Assembly: GCA_905178155.1 (NCBI GenBank) | Contig: CAJINV010000006.1 | Coordinates: forward strand, 1,675,876 to 1,739,875 | DNA length: 64,000 nucleotides | From: Amoebophrya sp. A120 | Lineage: Eukaryota; Protista; Dinoflagellata | Reading direction: 5' to 3' | In this document: positions 23,601 through 36,100 of the stretch, one piece after another | Layout of the letters: every line of letters begins with the position of its first letter | How positions within the stretch are numbered: the first letter of the stretch is position 1 | Notes under the pieces: generated by a model | Databases searched by the model: none | Seen by the model: only the letters and a program-made list of their open reading frames with translations | Told to the model about the DNA's origin: nothing | Made by a program: the position numbers and the translations under genes

Positions 23601-26600
23601 CGTCGAATTCTCTCAACCTCCGCACGCGGAATTTGATTACCAGGACGATTCTGGAAGATTTTTTTCACGATGATATTTTGAACGAACAAAGTGGAGAAGC
23701 TTGTCATGCAGTTTCACCGCAGCTGCAAGGAATTGCGGATCTTCGCCGGCTTCCCCTCGCTTGCGCCGCCTGCCAAATCCAGGAGGAAGAAGTGTTCGAG
23801 AAATGGTGGAAACAGATCGCGGCTATTGCTGCTAGGACGAAAGAACGGCTACGGAAGATGAAAAAGGGTGTTGTAGAAGAAATGCCGAGTCGCGATCTTC
23901 AGGGGATCACTGCGAGTGCAAGCGCTTCATGTCGAAGAAAATCAGAGGACTCCGCAGGAAATAGTACGGATGTTGAAGTACTACAAAGGGTCACATACGA
24001 CCGGAAATATAAAGAAGAGCCTCCAAGAACTCTCCTACTTACCACCTCGGAGTCAGAGGTCCGCGAACTCCTGGAAGGCCTGGCGAGTTGGCGCATTGGT
24101 CCCGTCGGGCTGCAGAACTCAGCACTGTTTGTTTTCGGAGAGCGGCTGCGGAGGAGTTTGCTGCGGGACGTGTACGGGATAGTAGAACCGACGTTCTATG
24201 ATGATCCAAGAACTACAACTTCTGCAGGTCGTCGTGGCGATTTACTTTCATCTGCCAGAAATAGTGATAGAGCAGACCAGCTCAGACGGGGAGATCATGA
24301 ACACCCACCGCATGATGAGAACTTCTACACATCAAAAGGAGCAATCAAACCAGAAAAGGATCTTCAAGATGACCTGTTCACAGAGGCCGAACAGGACGAG
24401 CTGTTTCGGGAATTTGTGTTACAGAGTGGGAAAACGACGAACAATAACGACGCCGAGTCCACCTCGCAGATCATGTCGAACCATGGTGAGGTGGAACACC
24501 GGCGTCCAGGATTGTTCTCATCTGGTAAAAACAAAATCGGTGGACGGACACGGGAAGAAGTAGATGTAGATGACGAATCTACCTCCATACCAGGATCGGA
24601 AGTAGAAGCTCGGGAACAACTACACGAGCAGCAACTTCAGCTCTCACTAGCTATGCGACATCAGGAAACAGCCCTCACAACTTTGCTTCATTGGGTTCGC
24701 GCTTTGTCCCGCGAAGGCTCGAAGTGCAGTTTCGACCGGGCGGGTGGTGGTTCGCCTGGGGGATTGCTATCCTGTGCAAAAGTATAGTCGTACTCGTATT
24801 GCAATCATGCACTTACAAATCTGTTTCTTAAGGTCAGTCCGCATTACAAATTTTGTTTCTCATGCTGAGGAACTTTGTAATGCATGACCTATACGAGTAC
24901 GATATTACTTCTGCAATGCATACTTGCTGGTGAGCACCGAAGCAAACAGTGCTAGTGAAGGGGAGGAAACTACTTCTCTCCTTATCCCACAAAAAAACTG
25001 TTTCAATGTGATGATTTTGCAAGATCTGCATCACAAGTTGAAGTTTGTTACACCTGATACTAAAAATTTGTCATGCGCACTTCCCAGGGGAAAACACGCT
25101 GAAAAATCCAATGCCTTGCATGTGTAGCAAGACAAATAGTTTTGTGTTCCATTTTCTGCATCACAGGTTCACAGTGAGACAGTTTTTTCTTGCGATACTC
25201 CTACCGCAGAGACTAATCCAGGTCTTGCTGAAGGACGTGAAGGAGGTTCTAGGAGCGGCGGGCGTATATCAACTGCAAAAATGTCTGGTGGGTCTGGAAG
25301 GATGCAACTTGTGATGCTATCTCGGGACACTAAAAAAATCTGTGTTGCCTGACCAGCAAGAGCAGGAGTTCAGTTTGTGCTACGCGGAGAGGACATTTCT
25401 CATGCGGTATGAGCATCAGAAAGCCCTCGCAAAATCTCTGATGCTAGGGCATGCATCACAGACCTCATGGGTCATGCAAAGTCTGCAAGACGAAGTCCTG
25501 CATTGTTCCAGACCCAGACATTTTTGCAATCCATAGCGTAGGCGCAGAAGGAGGTGTACTAGCAGGTTTTCCTCTAACGAAGCCGAAATCACTATCGCCT
25601 TCGTTCAGAACTACCGACATTACCGGGTTGGGGGGGCACGGAGCAGACAATTTTTGGGATTTTCTTCTCGCCGAGCGCTCGCAGTTGATCCTTCTAGGCA
25701 ACGCGTTTTCTTACCCGGTCTGGACGAAATGCTTGACGAAAGTAGGGGACGAGGTGGGAAAAGTCACAGGAGCTTCTTCTTCACACGACGATTCAGGAAT
25801 AGGACAGGACGAGGAGGACATTCTACTTGACAGTGTCGGCATCGCTAACCACGCTACCCGGCATGAGGAAGAGCGGCATGAGGAAGATCAGCAAATGAAT
25901 CCGTTGTTGTTCCTACCACGAGCTGCATCGAGTAGTACCACATCCACGCTGTTCCGCGACGTCTGCGAGCTAATCGGGAAAAGACTGGAAAAGAATTTCA
26001 GAAGCACTAGCTGTAGTGATCATCGTGAGAACCTCGACCTCCCGCACGATTCCGCTTTGCAGTCACCACACAACTTTCATGACGTTTCTCTCCACGATGC
26101 GCTGACCGTGTTTCGGTTCGGCTGGACCCTGTTTCCGCAGAACTTGGGCTTGCTGGACTGTCTGTTGAAGAGGATAGAGGAACATGAGCACGACAAAGAG
26201 TTGGTGTGGCGGGGAAATAAATTACGAAAAAACGAAGGTGCAAGAGCATCTGCGACGCATCCTGAACCGCATCCCGCGACGGAAGATGGAAGCCGGACCA
26301 ACGCAGCTGCCAGTATCAGCGGAGAGGAGGAACAGTGTTCCTTTGCATCATCGTACGAAGTAGAAGATCTTGCCAATGCCATCGACACCAGGATTGCCGT
26401 GTCGGCGAGTCGGTGGCTGCTGAATCTGGATTTTGGCGAAAGAGAAGAACATGAAGCGGAAGACAGGTACTGCGACGAGCACCAGATGGACAGAGACCAC
26501 GGTGGAAGCTATTACAATGAAAAATGCCCCCACCCCCGAACTTGAAAGCATTTGTATTGCAAATCTTTCCAAATGAAACATTCGCCCTCTTGCGTGTATC

Positions 26601-28636
26601 AGCATCACAGATTTCCGATCGTGAATAGCAAAAATTTGTATTGCAAAAGATCCCAGCAAGAGCGGTGCTTGTCATGCAAGCGATGCGAAACACGACTAGA
26701 ATCTGCATCAGAAAGATTCGTACTCCTTTCATGCATGACAAAAAGCTTTCATTTGGAAACTTCGCATCACAGATTCTTGTAATTTCAGGGGTGGGGGGCA
26801 TTTTTCACTGTGATAGAAGCGCGGAAAAGGTTGATCGTGGTAGCGCACCGGCTGGTCAACATGCTGGAGTGCTGAATACTGAGAAAGAGGAACATGAGCG
26901 AGGCACACGACCGAATCAGTCCTCTGATGCGCCCCTGCAGCAGAAAGGTGAACTGCAACTGACGTCGCAAGATCTTCGCGAACGTTTGTACCGCCTCGTG
27001 GCTGCGAGATTTACAACTGCATCAAACCACAAACGCAATCTTCCAAAACATCAAAATTGGAGCTCTTCTACTTGCGGCACGGGCATAAACGACATTTTTG
27101 CTGAAGAGCAGACAATGCTTTCAAAGGGCCACGCAGCTGCAGCACTCGAGGACGCAGTGAATCAGGTAGAAACAAACGACCATGTGGCCGAGTTGCAGCC
27201 CAATTTTAGTGCTTTCCGGTCCTGCGCGGCTCCATCGGAGACGAGGAGCCACCTCCCGACCGCCGATGCACAAGCACCACACGCAGAGGAACTACTAGCA
27301 GCCAACAGCCAAGACAGGAAAGGCGACGAGTTGGATGTTTTTCAGCACCATTGGACGAGTTTTGACAATGATCAAGATGAAGAACTAAAAAAAGCAGAAA
27401 TGGCAGCGGCGCACCGTGCTGTGGCTCTTCTTCCGGTGATGCAAGCGGTTTTGGCGTCCTCGTCACGACCAACACCACGAGGTCGTCGTCCTTCTACTTC
27501 TTCATCTCCAGATCCAGAAGTACGATCAATAGAAAACACAATGAAGCTGCAGGGGCCAGCACCTGGTGCAAGCCAGAAGAAACCCTGCTCAAGATCAAGT
27601 TCTACTTCGACATCCTCAAGCACGGCCAACTGCATCAGCAACCGTTTGCAGAGAGCGAATTTAAGACCCGAACAGTATGAACTGCAAAAGTATCGTACTC
27701 CTACTCGTATAAATGCATTACAAATTTCCCCAGCATGAGATATAAAATTTGCCATGCGGATTTACCTTAAGAAAAAAATTTGTAATGCAAGACGTGCATT
27801 TATACGAGTGCGATACTTTTGCACAGGATAAACAGATCTGCGAAACAATTCTGAAACCGGTTTTCGCTGCGGAATTCTTGTGCTTTCTAGACGACAAGGA
27901 CGATCATGCAGCCAGCGCTGCCGGTTCAGCTTCGAAAATGAATGGAACAACCGTGTCCCGCGGTGGTAAATCGTCGACGGAATTCTTCCTTTTCCTGCGG
28001 TGCGCCATCCTGTTTATGTCATCGTCCACCTCCTCTCATGGAAGTTCATCTTATCAGCACAATGATGAGCGTATCAACCTTCCAACTTCTGCCATGAGGC
28101 AGCTAGCAAGCGAGCTGATCCGACGGAGGGCTAGGCCGAACAGTATTCACGGGCTGTTCGCCTGGTTTCAAAAAGTGGTGGAGGCGGAGAAGGCGTATGA
28201 AGGAAAAATGCAGGATCTACTTCACGTCGTAGCTCGGGATGAACAAGCAGGTAGTACTTCGAATGACGTACAACCAGCAGCTTGTTCAACTTCTGCCACG
28301 AGAACAAGTACGATGACATGGAGGAACAACAACAAGGAAGAAGGACACTCAGCCCCCGCAGTTGTCGACCTTTCCACCGCCACCAGAAATCTAACGAGTC
28401 TGTGTCGCGTTTTGTTGGAGGAACTTGCGGCGTGGTCCTTTCCTGCGGATCATGCTAGTGGGGATGGCAAGCTGATGGAGGGAGAAGAAGATGAAGAACC
28501 ACAACCAGGCATCAGTTGCACTGCTACCTCCACCGCAACTTTCTGCGCGACACAAGACGCTATTGAGGACGGACTTTTCTGGTTGAAGTATCACCACGAC
28601 AAGAAACATAAAGACTTCGAGTTTGGAGGTGTGTGA
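20649..28636 (+). CDS. Large hypothetical protein, multi-exon (8 introners plus probable conventional introns); start uncertain
   Basis: Long + strand ORFs (20649-21464, 22940-23275, 23492-24767, 25541-26509, 26821-27675, 27836-28636) join in frame across the introners. No family recognised. Confidence 0.55.
21874..22140. mobile_element. Introner family B
   Basis: B-type TIRs, DR tgaac/tgaat. Confidence 0.85.
22188..22466. mobile_element. Introner family F
   Basis: DR gaatt. Same 279-bp length as 2059-2337. Confidence 0.9.
23276..23486. mobile_element. Degenerate introner
   Basis: tatgca..gtgcaaa / tttgcac..tgcata; the 5-nt offset keeps the frame. Confidence 0.6.
24768..24922. mobile_element. 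Introner family A
   Basis: DR attgc/cttgc. Confidence 0.85.
24983..25197. mobile_element. Introner family G
   Basis: DR ctcct. Confidence 0.85.
25267..25535. mobile_element. Introner family B
   Basis: DR gcgta. Confidence 0.9.
26510..26815. mobile_element. Introner, C-like
   Basis: gaaaaatgcccccacccc TIR core, DR gaagc. Confidence 0.85.
27676..27830. mobile_element. Introner family A (reverse orientation)
   Basis: Reverse complement of the 1559 type, DR aacag. Confidence 0.9.
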
Positions 28637-29151
28637 ACGAAACGCATACTTTTTTAGCCGATTACAATGAACCTTGGACATTCAACATGTCTACGTACTT
28701 AGTTGATAATGAATCACACGTCCTGACATACACATTCATTTTCATCGCTCGCCACACTTCTCACACGAGTGGACGGACATTCACCTGTCTCGCTCACCTC
28801 GTGTTTCAAAGAAGAGAGAGAAAGTATCGCGCAACTGCGTTCGTTTTACAATGTTGAATTCGTTCTTACATTCTCACTTTCGAACCCTCGCTCGCCTCGC
28901 TCGTGACATGTTAGTTTTATTTGCAACATCGAAATTACTCGACTTGGGCGCACAGGGACGAGCGTGAGTTCTGTACGAGAGTCATTGTGGATCGTATGTT
29001 CAACCTTCGGAGCAATTTCAGTGCCTTCTTCAACAATCGACGAGCTGCCAATTTTCATCTCGCTACCGCTAGGAGCAACAAGGATACGCCAAGAACTTCT
29101 GGGCAGCCGCACTAAGTCGAACGAATTTATTCCTCGCACAGTCAGAGAAAG

Positions 29152-31325
29152 ATGGTCGCTTTCAGTCAGGTTTTCGGCTCGGATGTGTTTCACTTTCCTT
29201 CCTCCGGGCGGAGTCAGGTACATCAAGGAGACAGTAGGCTCCTGGGTGCAGATCTTGTTTCTTTGCCGGGTTTCGACTCATCTGCAGCAGGAACGCGGCC
29301 TGGTGGTAGTCGTCCCTCTACTTCTTCCTTTGTAGGAACCTCGTCAACCTTAACATCGACATCCTCCTCCTCTTCGTCCCCAAAACCCCCAATGATAAGA
29401 AGCACTTCCTTTCTGAATCTCCTTCCCCAGTCGGTGGCCAACCTGTTCTCCGGACGGTCCGCGGGGAATCCAGAGGAGAAAAATCTGAACGAGCTGTTCA
29501 AAGACGCGCAGGCAGAGGTCGTATGAATGTGCACAACTCTTGTTCCCCTTCATTCGTATAGCCATGAACCGCATTACAAAGACCAGCGATCCTGGAGCCT
29601 GTGCATGACAAGTTCTTCATGCGCCGAATCTAGTTTACTGTTTTGGCTCCTTCGAAATTTCTCATGCAAATCGTGCCACAGTGACAATGTTGCACCTCCG
29701 ACCGCATTTAGTATTTTGCATTTACAAATGAGGGGGATGGCGGAGATTTGTGCACTGTCATAGGTCGACCGCGTGAATCACAAAGTGAAGGACCTGTTCC
29801 TGGGAAACTTCAAGCAAACCATCGAAGATCTGCGGGTGGCCGCGAAAGATCGCGAGAATACGTGGAAGGAGTTATCCCCTGTAGAAACGTCCCCACCTCC
29901 CCAGAGTTGTAATGCAAACCTGCCTGCTTTAAATGTTTCTCATGCGGAGACCCATGAGATGCATTTTCAAAGTAGTGTTTTCAGACTTGTGATGCTCGAA
30001 TCAGCATAATGGGCTAAATCTGTGATGCGGCTGCACTAATTAAACACGACTACATTGCGAGCCCAAATTTGTCATGTGCCACAGCCAAAACCTGTTGACT
30101 TGTCTAGCACATTTTCCATCTTGTTGACTAAGTATAATGGGGTGTGAACGTTATTCCACAGAATAGGAGTTCATTTCCAACGGAGACCACGGACTGGCCA
30201 CGTATTGCTCCAAACTGAAGAATATGCATTGGACAAAAGTATGTGCACGTGCTTGTATATGTATGTGGATGTCGCGCTGCATGACTACGCATAATTTGTC
30301 ATCTAATAGATACCCAATTCTGCATGAGAGACTAAAGCTTTGCCTCTGGAAAAACAACTTGGATATGCATGCACCAAACAGTCGAGTGCGATCCTTTTGC
30401 AGTGCATGAAGAAGCTACTGGAAGATGTGGAGACCAACACGGATGGCTGCCGAAAAGCCCAGGAACTGTGGATATGGATTGCAAAACTATCGTACTACTA
30501 GTACTAGTACAACTTGCATTACAACTTTTCTCCGCATGACATTTGGAATTTGTAATGCAGATTTACCGTTATGAAAATCATTTGTAAAGCATAAATGCAA
30601 TCACTACGCGTACGAAACTTTTGCAGAGGATACTGGAAGAAAACCGGTAATCCCACGGGGGACAACTCTCCGGGGAACAAGCAGCTGTTGATCCAGGGGT
30701 GTGCGGTATCAAGTGCAAATATGTCTGGGGCTGGCAGATTGCGAGCTTTGTCATGCTAGTCTAGCATCACTCTGAGCTTTGTACTGCGTGGCCGCAAAGA
30801 GCTCCTCTTGCCTGTCACGCAAAAACGCAGTTTCTCATGCGGAGTACGCAACTTCAAACCACGGAAAAACTTGTCATGCTTGGCAGCGTATTAGAGTCTG
30901 CTCTCTATTTCCTTTCTTGCATTACAAGTTTTCAGACCCAGACATATTTGCAATTGATACGCGGACACGGCGTACAAAAAGCAGTTAAAATCCAAAACCT
31001 GCGAAACCACCGACGAGAAACTGCTGTGCACGTGGCTTCGGGAGTCCGTGATCCCGGAAAACCACTGGAAATCCTTCTTCGAGCCGGGATATGCATTGCG
31101 AAAGTATCGTACGTAGCGGTAATTGCATCACAAATTTAGCGAGAAAGCAGGAGAAGGAGTTTGTCATGCAGATTCAGGTATGACAGGAGCACATTTGTAA
31201 TGCAATTAGTGCGAGACGAAGACGAGTACGATACTTTTGCAGTTCACATGGGATCCGGGGCTTGCGTCATCGGGAGCGAAGCGAGTTTCAACCAGCCCTT
31301 GCTGAATGAAGCGGATTTGCACTGA
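29152..31325 (+). CDS. Hypothetical protein, 7 exons separated by 6 introners
   Basis: In-frame joins across all six elements (...AQAEVDRVNHK...TWKEFISNG...KLKKLLED...LWKKTG...CADTAY...EPGSGAC...DLH*). Stop at 31323-31325. Start uncertain. Confidence 0.65.
29522..29762. mobile_element. Introner family K
   Basis: tatgaatgtgcacaactc / gatttgtgcactgtcata, DR ggtcg. Confidence 0.85.
29873..30165. mobile_element. Introner family F
   Basis: DR ggagt. Confidence 0.85.
30223..30408. mobile_element. Introner, A-like (diverged)
   Basis: DR aagaa. Confidence 0.75.
30473..30632. mobile_element. Introner family A
   Basis: DR gtgga/ctgga. Confidence 0.85.
30707..30959. mobile_element. Introner family B
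   Basis: DR tgcgg/cgcgg. Confidence 0.85.
31090..31248. mobile_element. Introner, A-like
   Basis: DR cggga/tggga. Confidence 0.8.
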
Positions 31326-31848
31326 GGGAGTAAAAAACTGGAGAAGATGAGACCACAAGCTGTAGAACACGCAAGAGGGACGAGGAGGACGGAGGGAACG
31401 AGGAGAAGGATGAAGCATCTATCGGGGTGGCTGCTGGGAGCAGTTTGCCGTGTTTATTTAGTGGTGTTTTTCAAGAAGAACGAGAAGAATACGAGCTTTT
31501 GTTTCCGAGAAAACGGCGCACAGTTATTTATCTGACCTGAGCTTCTCTTTAATCAGTTTCTAATCGGATGAAAGAAAATGTACGGCACCACGATTGACGA
31601 GCAACAGCATTTCAATCTTTCAGTTCAAGAGAATCTCTTTCAGGGCTTTTCCTGGAGATCAACATCGCAATCCTGGAGTTGTGTCTCGCCGCGCAGTCCG
31701 CCAGTTTGTTCAGAAAAAAATATAAAGTGCGTGTCAACAACTACACATTCGTGCGTTCGGTTTTTCTTCTTTTTGTCGCCGAGGAAGTTGTTGAGTCGAG
31801 ACTTCTTCTGAGACTACACCTAGCAGAGAAAAGACGTTCTTTAACATT

Positions 31849-32971
31849 ACCCACAGCAGTTGTAGTTGAGATAGATGGATTCGGATGCATGGCCGCCCAC
31901 AATACCCTATATACTATACGGCAAGGAAAGCGATTGGCGTATGGCCCGACTTCTACTAGTAGAATCTTACTAGTAAGGAAAATCCGGAAACTTTACTAGC
32001 AAGCTGCGTTACTAGTAATCTTATCCGGACAAGCAAGCAAAAAAACTACTAGTAAGCGTACTAGTAGAGAGTTTACTAGGAGAGAGCTTACTAGTAGAAA
32101 ACTGCTTCGCGGGCCGGTTCGCCCCGAGCTTCCGCCAAAGAGCTCGCCCGCGCTGCTGGCTTCCCTTGCCCCCTGTGGAGAAACCAGCGCCGAGCAACTA
32201 GTACCTGTGTGGTAGCGCGGGACGTGGCGCTCGTCCCGGGGAAGAGGGGGTGCAGCCGTAGGAGGGCGAATTAATACTGAACACGGGTGGCGCGGCGCGT
32301 GCTGCTGCGCCCGCAGGTGCAGGCGAGTTGGCTTCTGCCTTGCCACGGTGCCGCGGACGATGGTTTTGCGCTTTGTTTGGGCTACCCCGTTTTGCCTCGC
32401 GGGGGAGGCCCCTCTTCGTGCGGATGGCCCCGCCGCCCTGCACAGAGAAGCGGCGCCTTCTCTCGTTGCCCTAAATGGTTACCATACACAGCGCGCCCAG
32501 TCTCCCTGTGCTGGTTGCACCTGCCTGGCTGGCCAGGTTTTTTGTCGCGCAGCTTCCGCAGCTGCGGCCCTGTGGGCTCCGTCGAAAGCAGCCCCACCCC
32601 CTTGGAGGCGTAACTAGAAATAGAGTGGGGCGTAGCTAGAATGACGAGCAGCCGCCCTTAAGGCTCGCAACTTGGGGGGGTGCTCGCAAATTGGGAACAC
32701 CCTGGAGGGCTCGTCCCCTCACAGGGTGGGCAGCTCGCCCCGGGTGTTCTTTCGGTTTCCCGGGGCTTCTCCTTCTCCTGGGGCCTGGGGCGGGCCGCTG
32801 TCACGCCTTTGTCTTTCTCTAGGGGGCTCCGGCGCACTGAAAAGCCCTGCGCCTCTAGAGTTTTCGCCCCCAGAACCCCCCTCCCCTTCCCCACGAGGAC
32901 TGCAGCCTTCCTAGTAGAAACCCACAGCAGTTGTAGTTGAGATAGATGGATTCGGATGCATGGCCGCCCAC
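31849..32971. mobile_element. GC-rich insertion of about 1.0 kb flanked by an exact 52-bp direct repeat
   Basis: acccacagcagttgtagttgagatagatggattcggatgcatggccgcccac at 31849-31900 and 32920-32971. ACTAGTA cluster at about 31953-32100. Confidence 0.75.
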
Positions 32972-33184
32972 TATTACTTCTGGGCGGCGACCACGGCGGT
33001 CATGAATCTTCAACTAAAAAGTCTGCATATTGAAGAAGCAGCTGCCACGACCAGACACGTTAGTACAGTGGTCTACTAGGGTTTTACTACATTGTTCTTG
33101 ATCCGTCGACGAACATCAAATATGCAGCTACCAGCCACCTGCAGCTGAAGAAGATAGTAGAACCAAAGCAAGAAGAAAACCGTG

Positions 33185-36100
33185 ATGGATTCTTTCTTCA
33201 TGACGCAGCCCCCTCCGGGGCCCACGGAAACGTGGCTGAAGTGCGTCCAGGCGTTGGAAAAAAAAGCCGCGGCCGCACCGCCGCCCACTGTGAAGTCATC
33301 TTCGAGGAAAAAGTTTTACGGCGGGGAAGACAGCGAAAATAAGGCCACAAGGCTTGACGCTGACACCACAAGAAATAATACCGCGTTTGGTGGAATTTTT
33401 ACTGCATCAGGAGGGCCAGAAACCAAGCCGAAAGACCCAAACGTCCTATCCGAACTGATTCCGCGATTTTACCCGGCGGAACCTACCGATAAGGAACAAA
33501 AAGAGAAGGAAAAGCAGAAGGAATTGCTGCAGAAGCAGCAACAGAAGGCTCGGGATGAACATGACCTGACCAGCGCGCTGCTATGCTCTGCAAAAGGATC
33601 TGATACTAGTAGAAATCGCATGACAAATTCCCTCTGCATGAACAAGAGCAGTGGAATTTCTAATGCGGATTTACCTTGAGAAAGAGACTTGTCATGCACG
33701 GTTGCGATTACTACGAGTTCCGGACGATCAACATACTTTTGCAATTCATAGCTGCCGCACTTCGACGACAGTGACGATGACGAGCTGTTGCAGTATCATC
33801 ATGAAAAATTTTTCCCGCCTCCCCATATTCAATGTGGAATTTGTGTAGACTGATTTGTGATCACAAATCCATTTGTGATGCTGGTAGGGAAGGGCGGATG
33901 CGGACTGTAGTGCTGTCTGGCATGACGGGAAAGCCTTGCCTCCTCTCCAGCATGATAGAGACCCACTGCATTGCCAAGGACAGCATGACAAAGTTCCTGA
34001 ACAAAATAGGCCGCAGGTGTGTTCGTTTACCTTCCAACAATACAAGTGGATTTGTGTACACAAATCGTGCATCAGAAATCTCCTCTTGATGTGGGGAGGG
34101 GGGATTTTTCCTCACAATATGCAGGCGTCCTCTACTGGTGGGGCGACGAGCAATATCAAGTCCTATTTGATCAATACAAACAACCAACAAATCATCATCT
34201 CCAGTGAAGAGAAGCGTTTTCGCGGCGTTCTCTCCGTGCGCACGAGGCGGGAAGCCCGGCAGAAGATGTTGCAACGGAAAACGGCGGAATTACTATGCAT
34301 TGCAAATAAAGTATTGTACTAGTAGTAGTAGCAAAATTGCATCACAAATTTGCGTAGCATTACAAATGAGATTTGTGATGCTGTTTTACCTTCGAACGGA
34401 GATTTGTCATGCAAAGCAGCAATCACTACGAACGAGTACGATACTTTTGCACAGGATAGTCACTCAACGAGGATGATTTGCACAAGCTTTTGGAGTATCC
34501 TGTGCAAAAGTATCGTACTCGTATGGCAATCATGCATTACAAATTTTTTTCTTAAGAAAATCTGCATTACAAATTTTTTTTTTCATGCTGGGGAAATTTG
34601 TGATGCATTTATACAAGTACGATACTTTTGCAATCCATATGGAGCCCTTACGAAAGGCAGCGAAAAAAACGACAAACAGCTCGGTCATTTTGAATAGCAA
34701 CAGAAACAACAACCCGAATTCGTCCAATTCAACCGAGCAGGAGGTCATCGACTATGCAAGCTTCAAAGCCGTTTTATCCTATGTAAACACGTCCCCACCC
34801 CATAGTTGTCATGCAGATATGCGATTACAAGAAGTGAAGATTTGTAATGCGCTTCTCCTTGAGAGGCATTTCCAGTCGTGTTTTGGAATTTGTAATGTAG
34901 TAAACAGGATGAGCAAATGGATTGCTCATGCGGCTTTCCATGCTAACCAGCAGTACACTGCAGATGGAAATTTGTCATGTAGAACTCCCAAAACTTGCAG
35001 ATTTGTCATGTAGAACTCCCAAAACTTGTTCACTATGATGTGGGGACGTTTTTACTCAGGATAGGTTTACAAGCATGTTTTAGAAGAGTGTGTTAAAGCG
35101 GCGGAATACAATGCGCAAATGAACGGCGAGGATTTCGACGCCAGTATGACCAAAGCGCTCTACGAAAGGTACTGAATATAAAACTTGTATTGGCTTTTTT
35201 CTTTTTGTCATGCGGATCATGGTCCCTCTCCCTATAGTGCGTAGTATTGACTGTCATGTGCAGCAGGGGCAGGTTTCTGATTCGTATCTTCTGGTGTTCA
35301 TCGCTACGATCATACCATCAACAACATGTACATGTTAAATACCTATCAGGAAATTCGGGCCTTTTTTCACGGCCCGGTCGTTTTTGAAGTTCGGGTCCCT
35401 GATTTCGCATATGAAAGTGCACAACTCCCCGTCCCCCACATTTGTATGGCATCAACAGCATTACAAACACCAGTACAGGTGGACCGTGTACATGACAAGT
35501 TCATGCGCCGAGTGTAGTACTGTTTGGAGTTCCGAAATTTGTCATGCACGCGGCGCCACAAGGTAGCAACTGGCTTTGGGTTTTGGCATCACAAATGAGG
35601 GGGAGGGGGAGTCGTGCGCTGTCATATCGCAAATCGGAATCGTGCCGTTTTTCAGCTACGTGGTGCGGAAGGTAAACAACAAGCAAACACGAATATGCAA
35701 GAAAAAAACTGTGTAAGTGTAAATTTGTGATGCGCTACATGGAAGATGATTGCGTCTGTCATGCTTGGCCAGCGTCGTAGGGTCCATTAAAGGGCGTTTT
35801 CACGTACTATCTGCGCATGACAGGTTTTTGCTGTCATGCCAGACAAATTTGTAATGCTGTTCCTCCAAAAAAGTTACACCTACAATGTTTTTTTCTTGGA
35901 TAACGAATTCAGTTGTCCTATTACGACACGATCGGACTGGGGTACCTCCGGGAGAAGGACGTGGAAAATTTCATCTTTGAATTGATACCGACCTTGCCGC
36001 AGCTGAGCCAGCTGCAAGAAGAGTTTTACCCGTTTTATGTATAATTTTCTTTTCAGCTGATGTTTGGTTTTGCATGATGAATGTGGATTCGGATTTTTTG

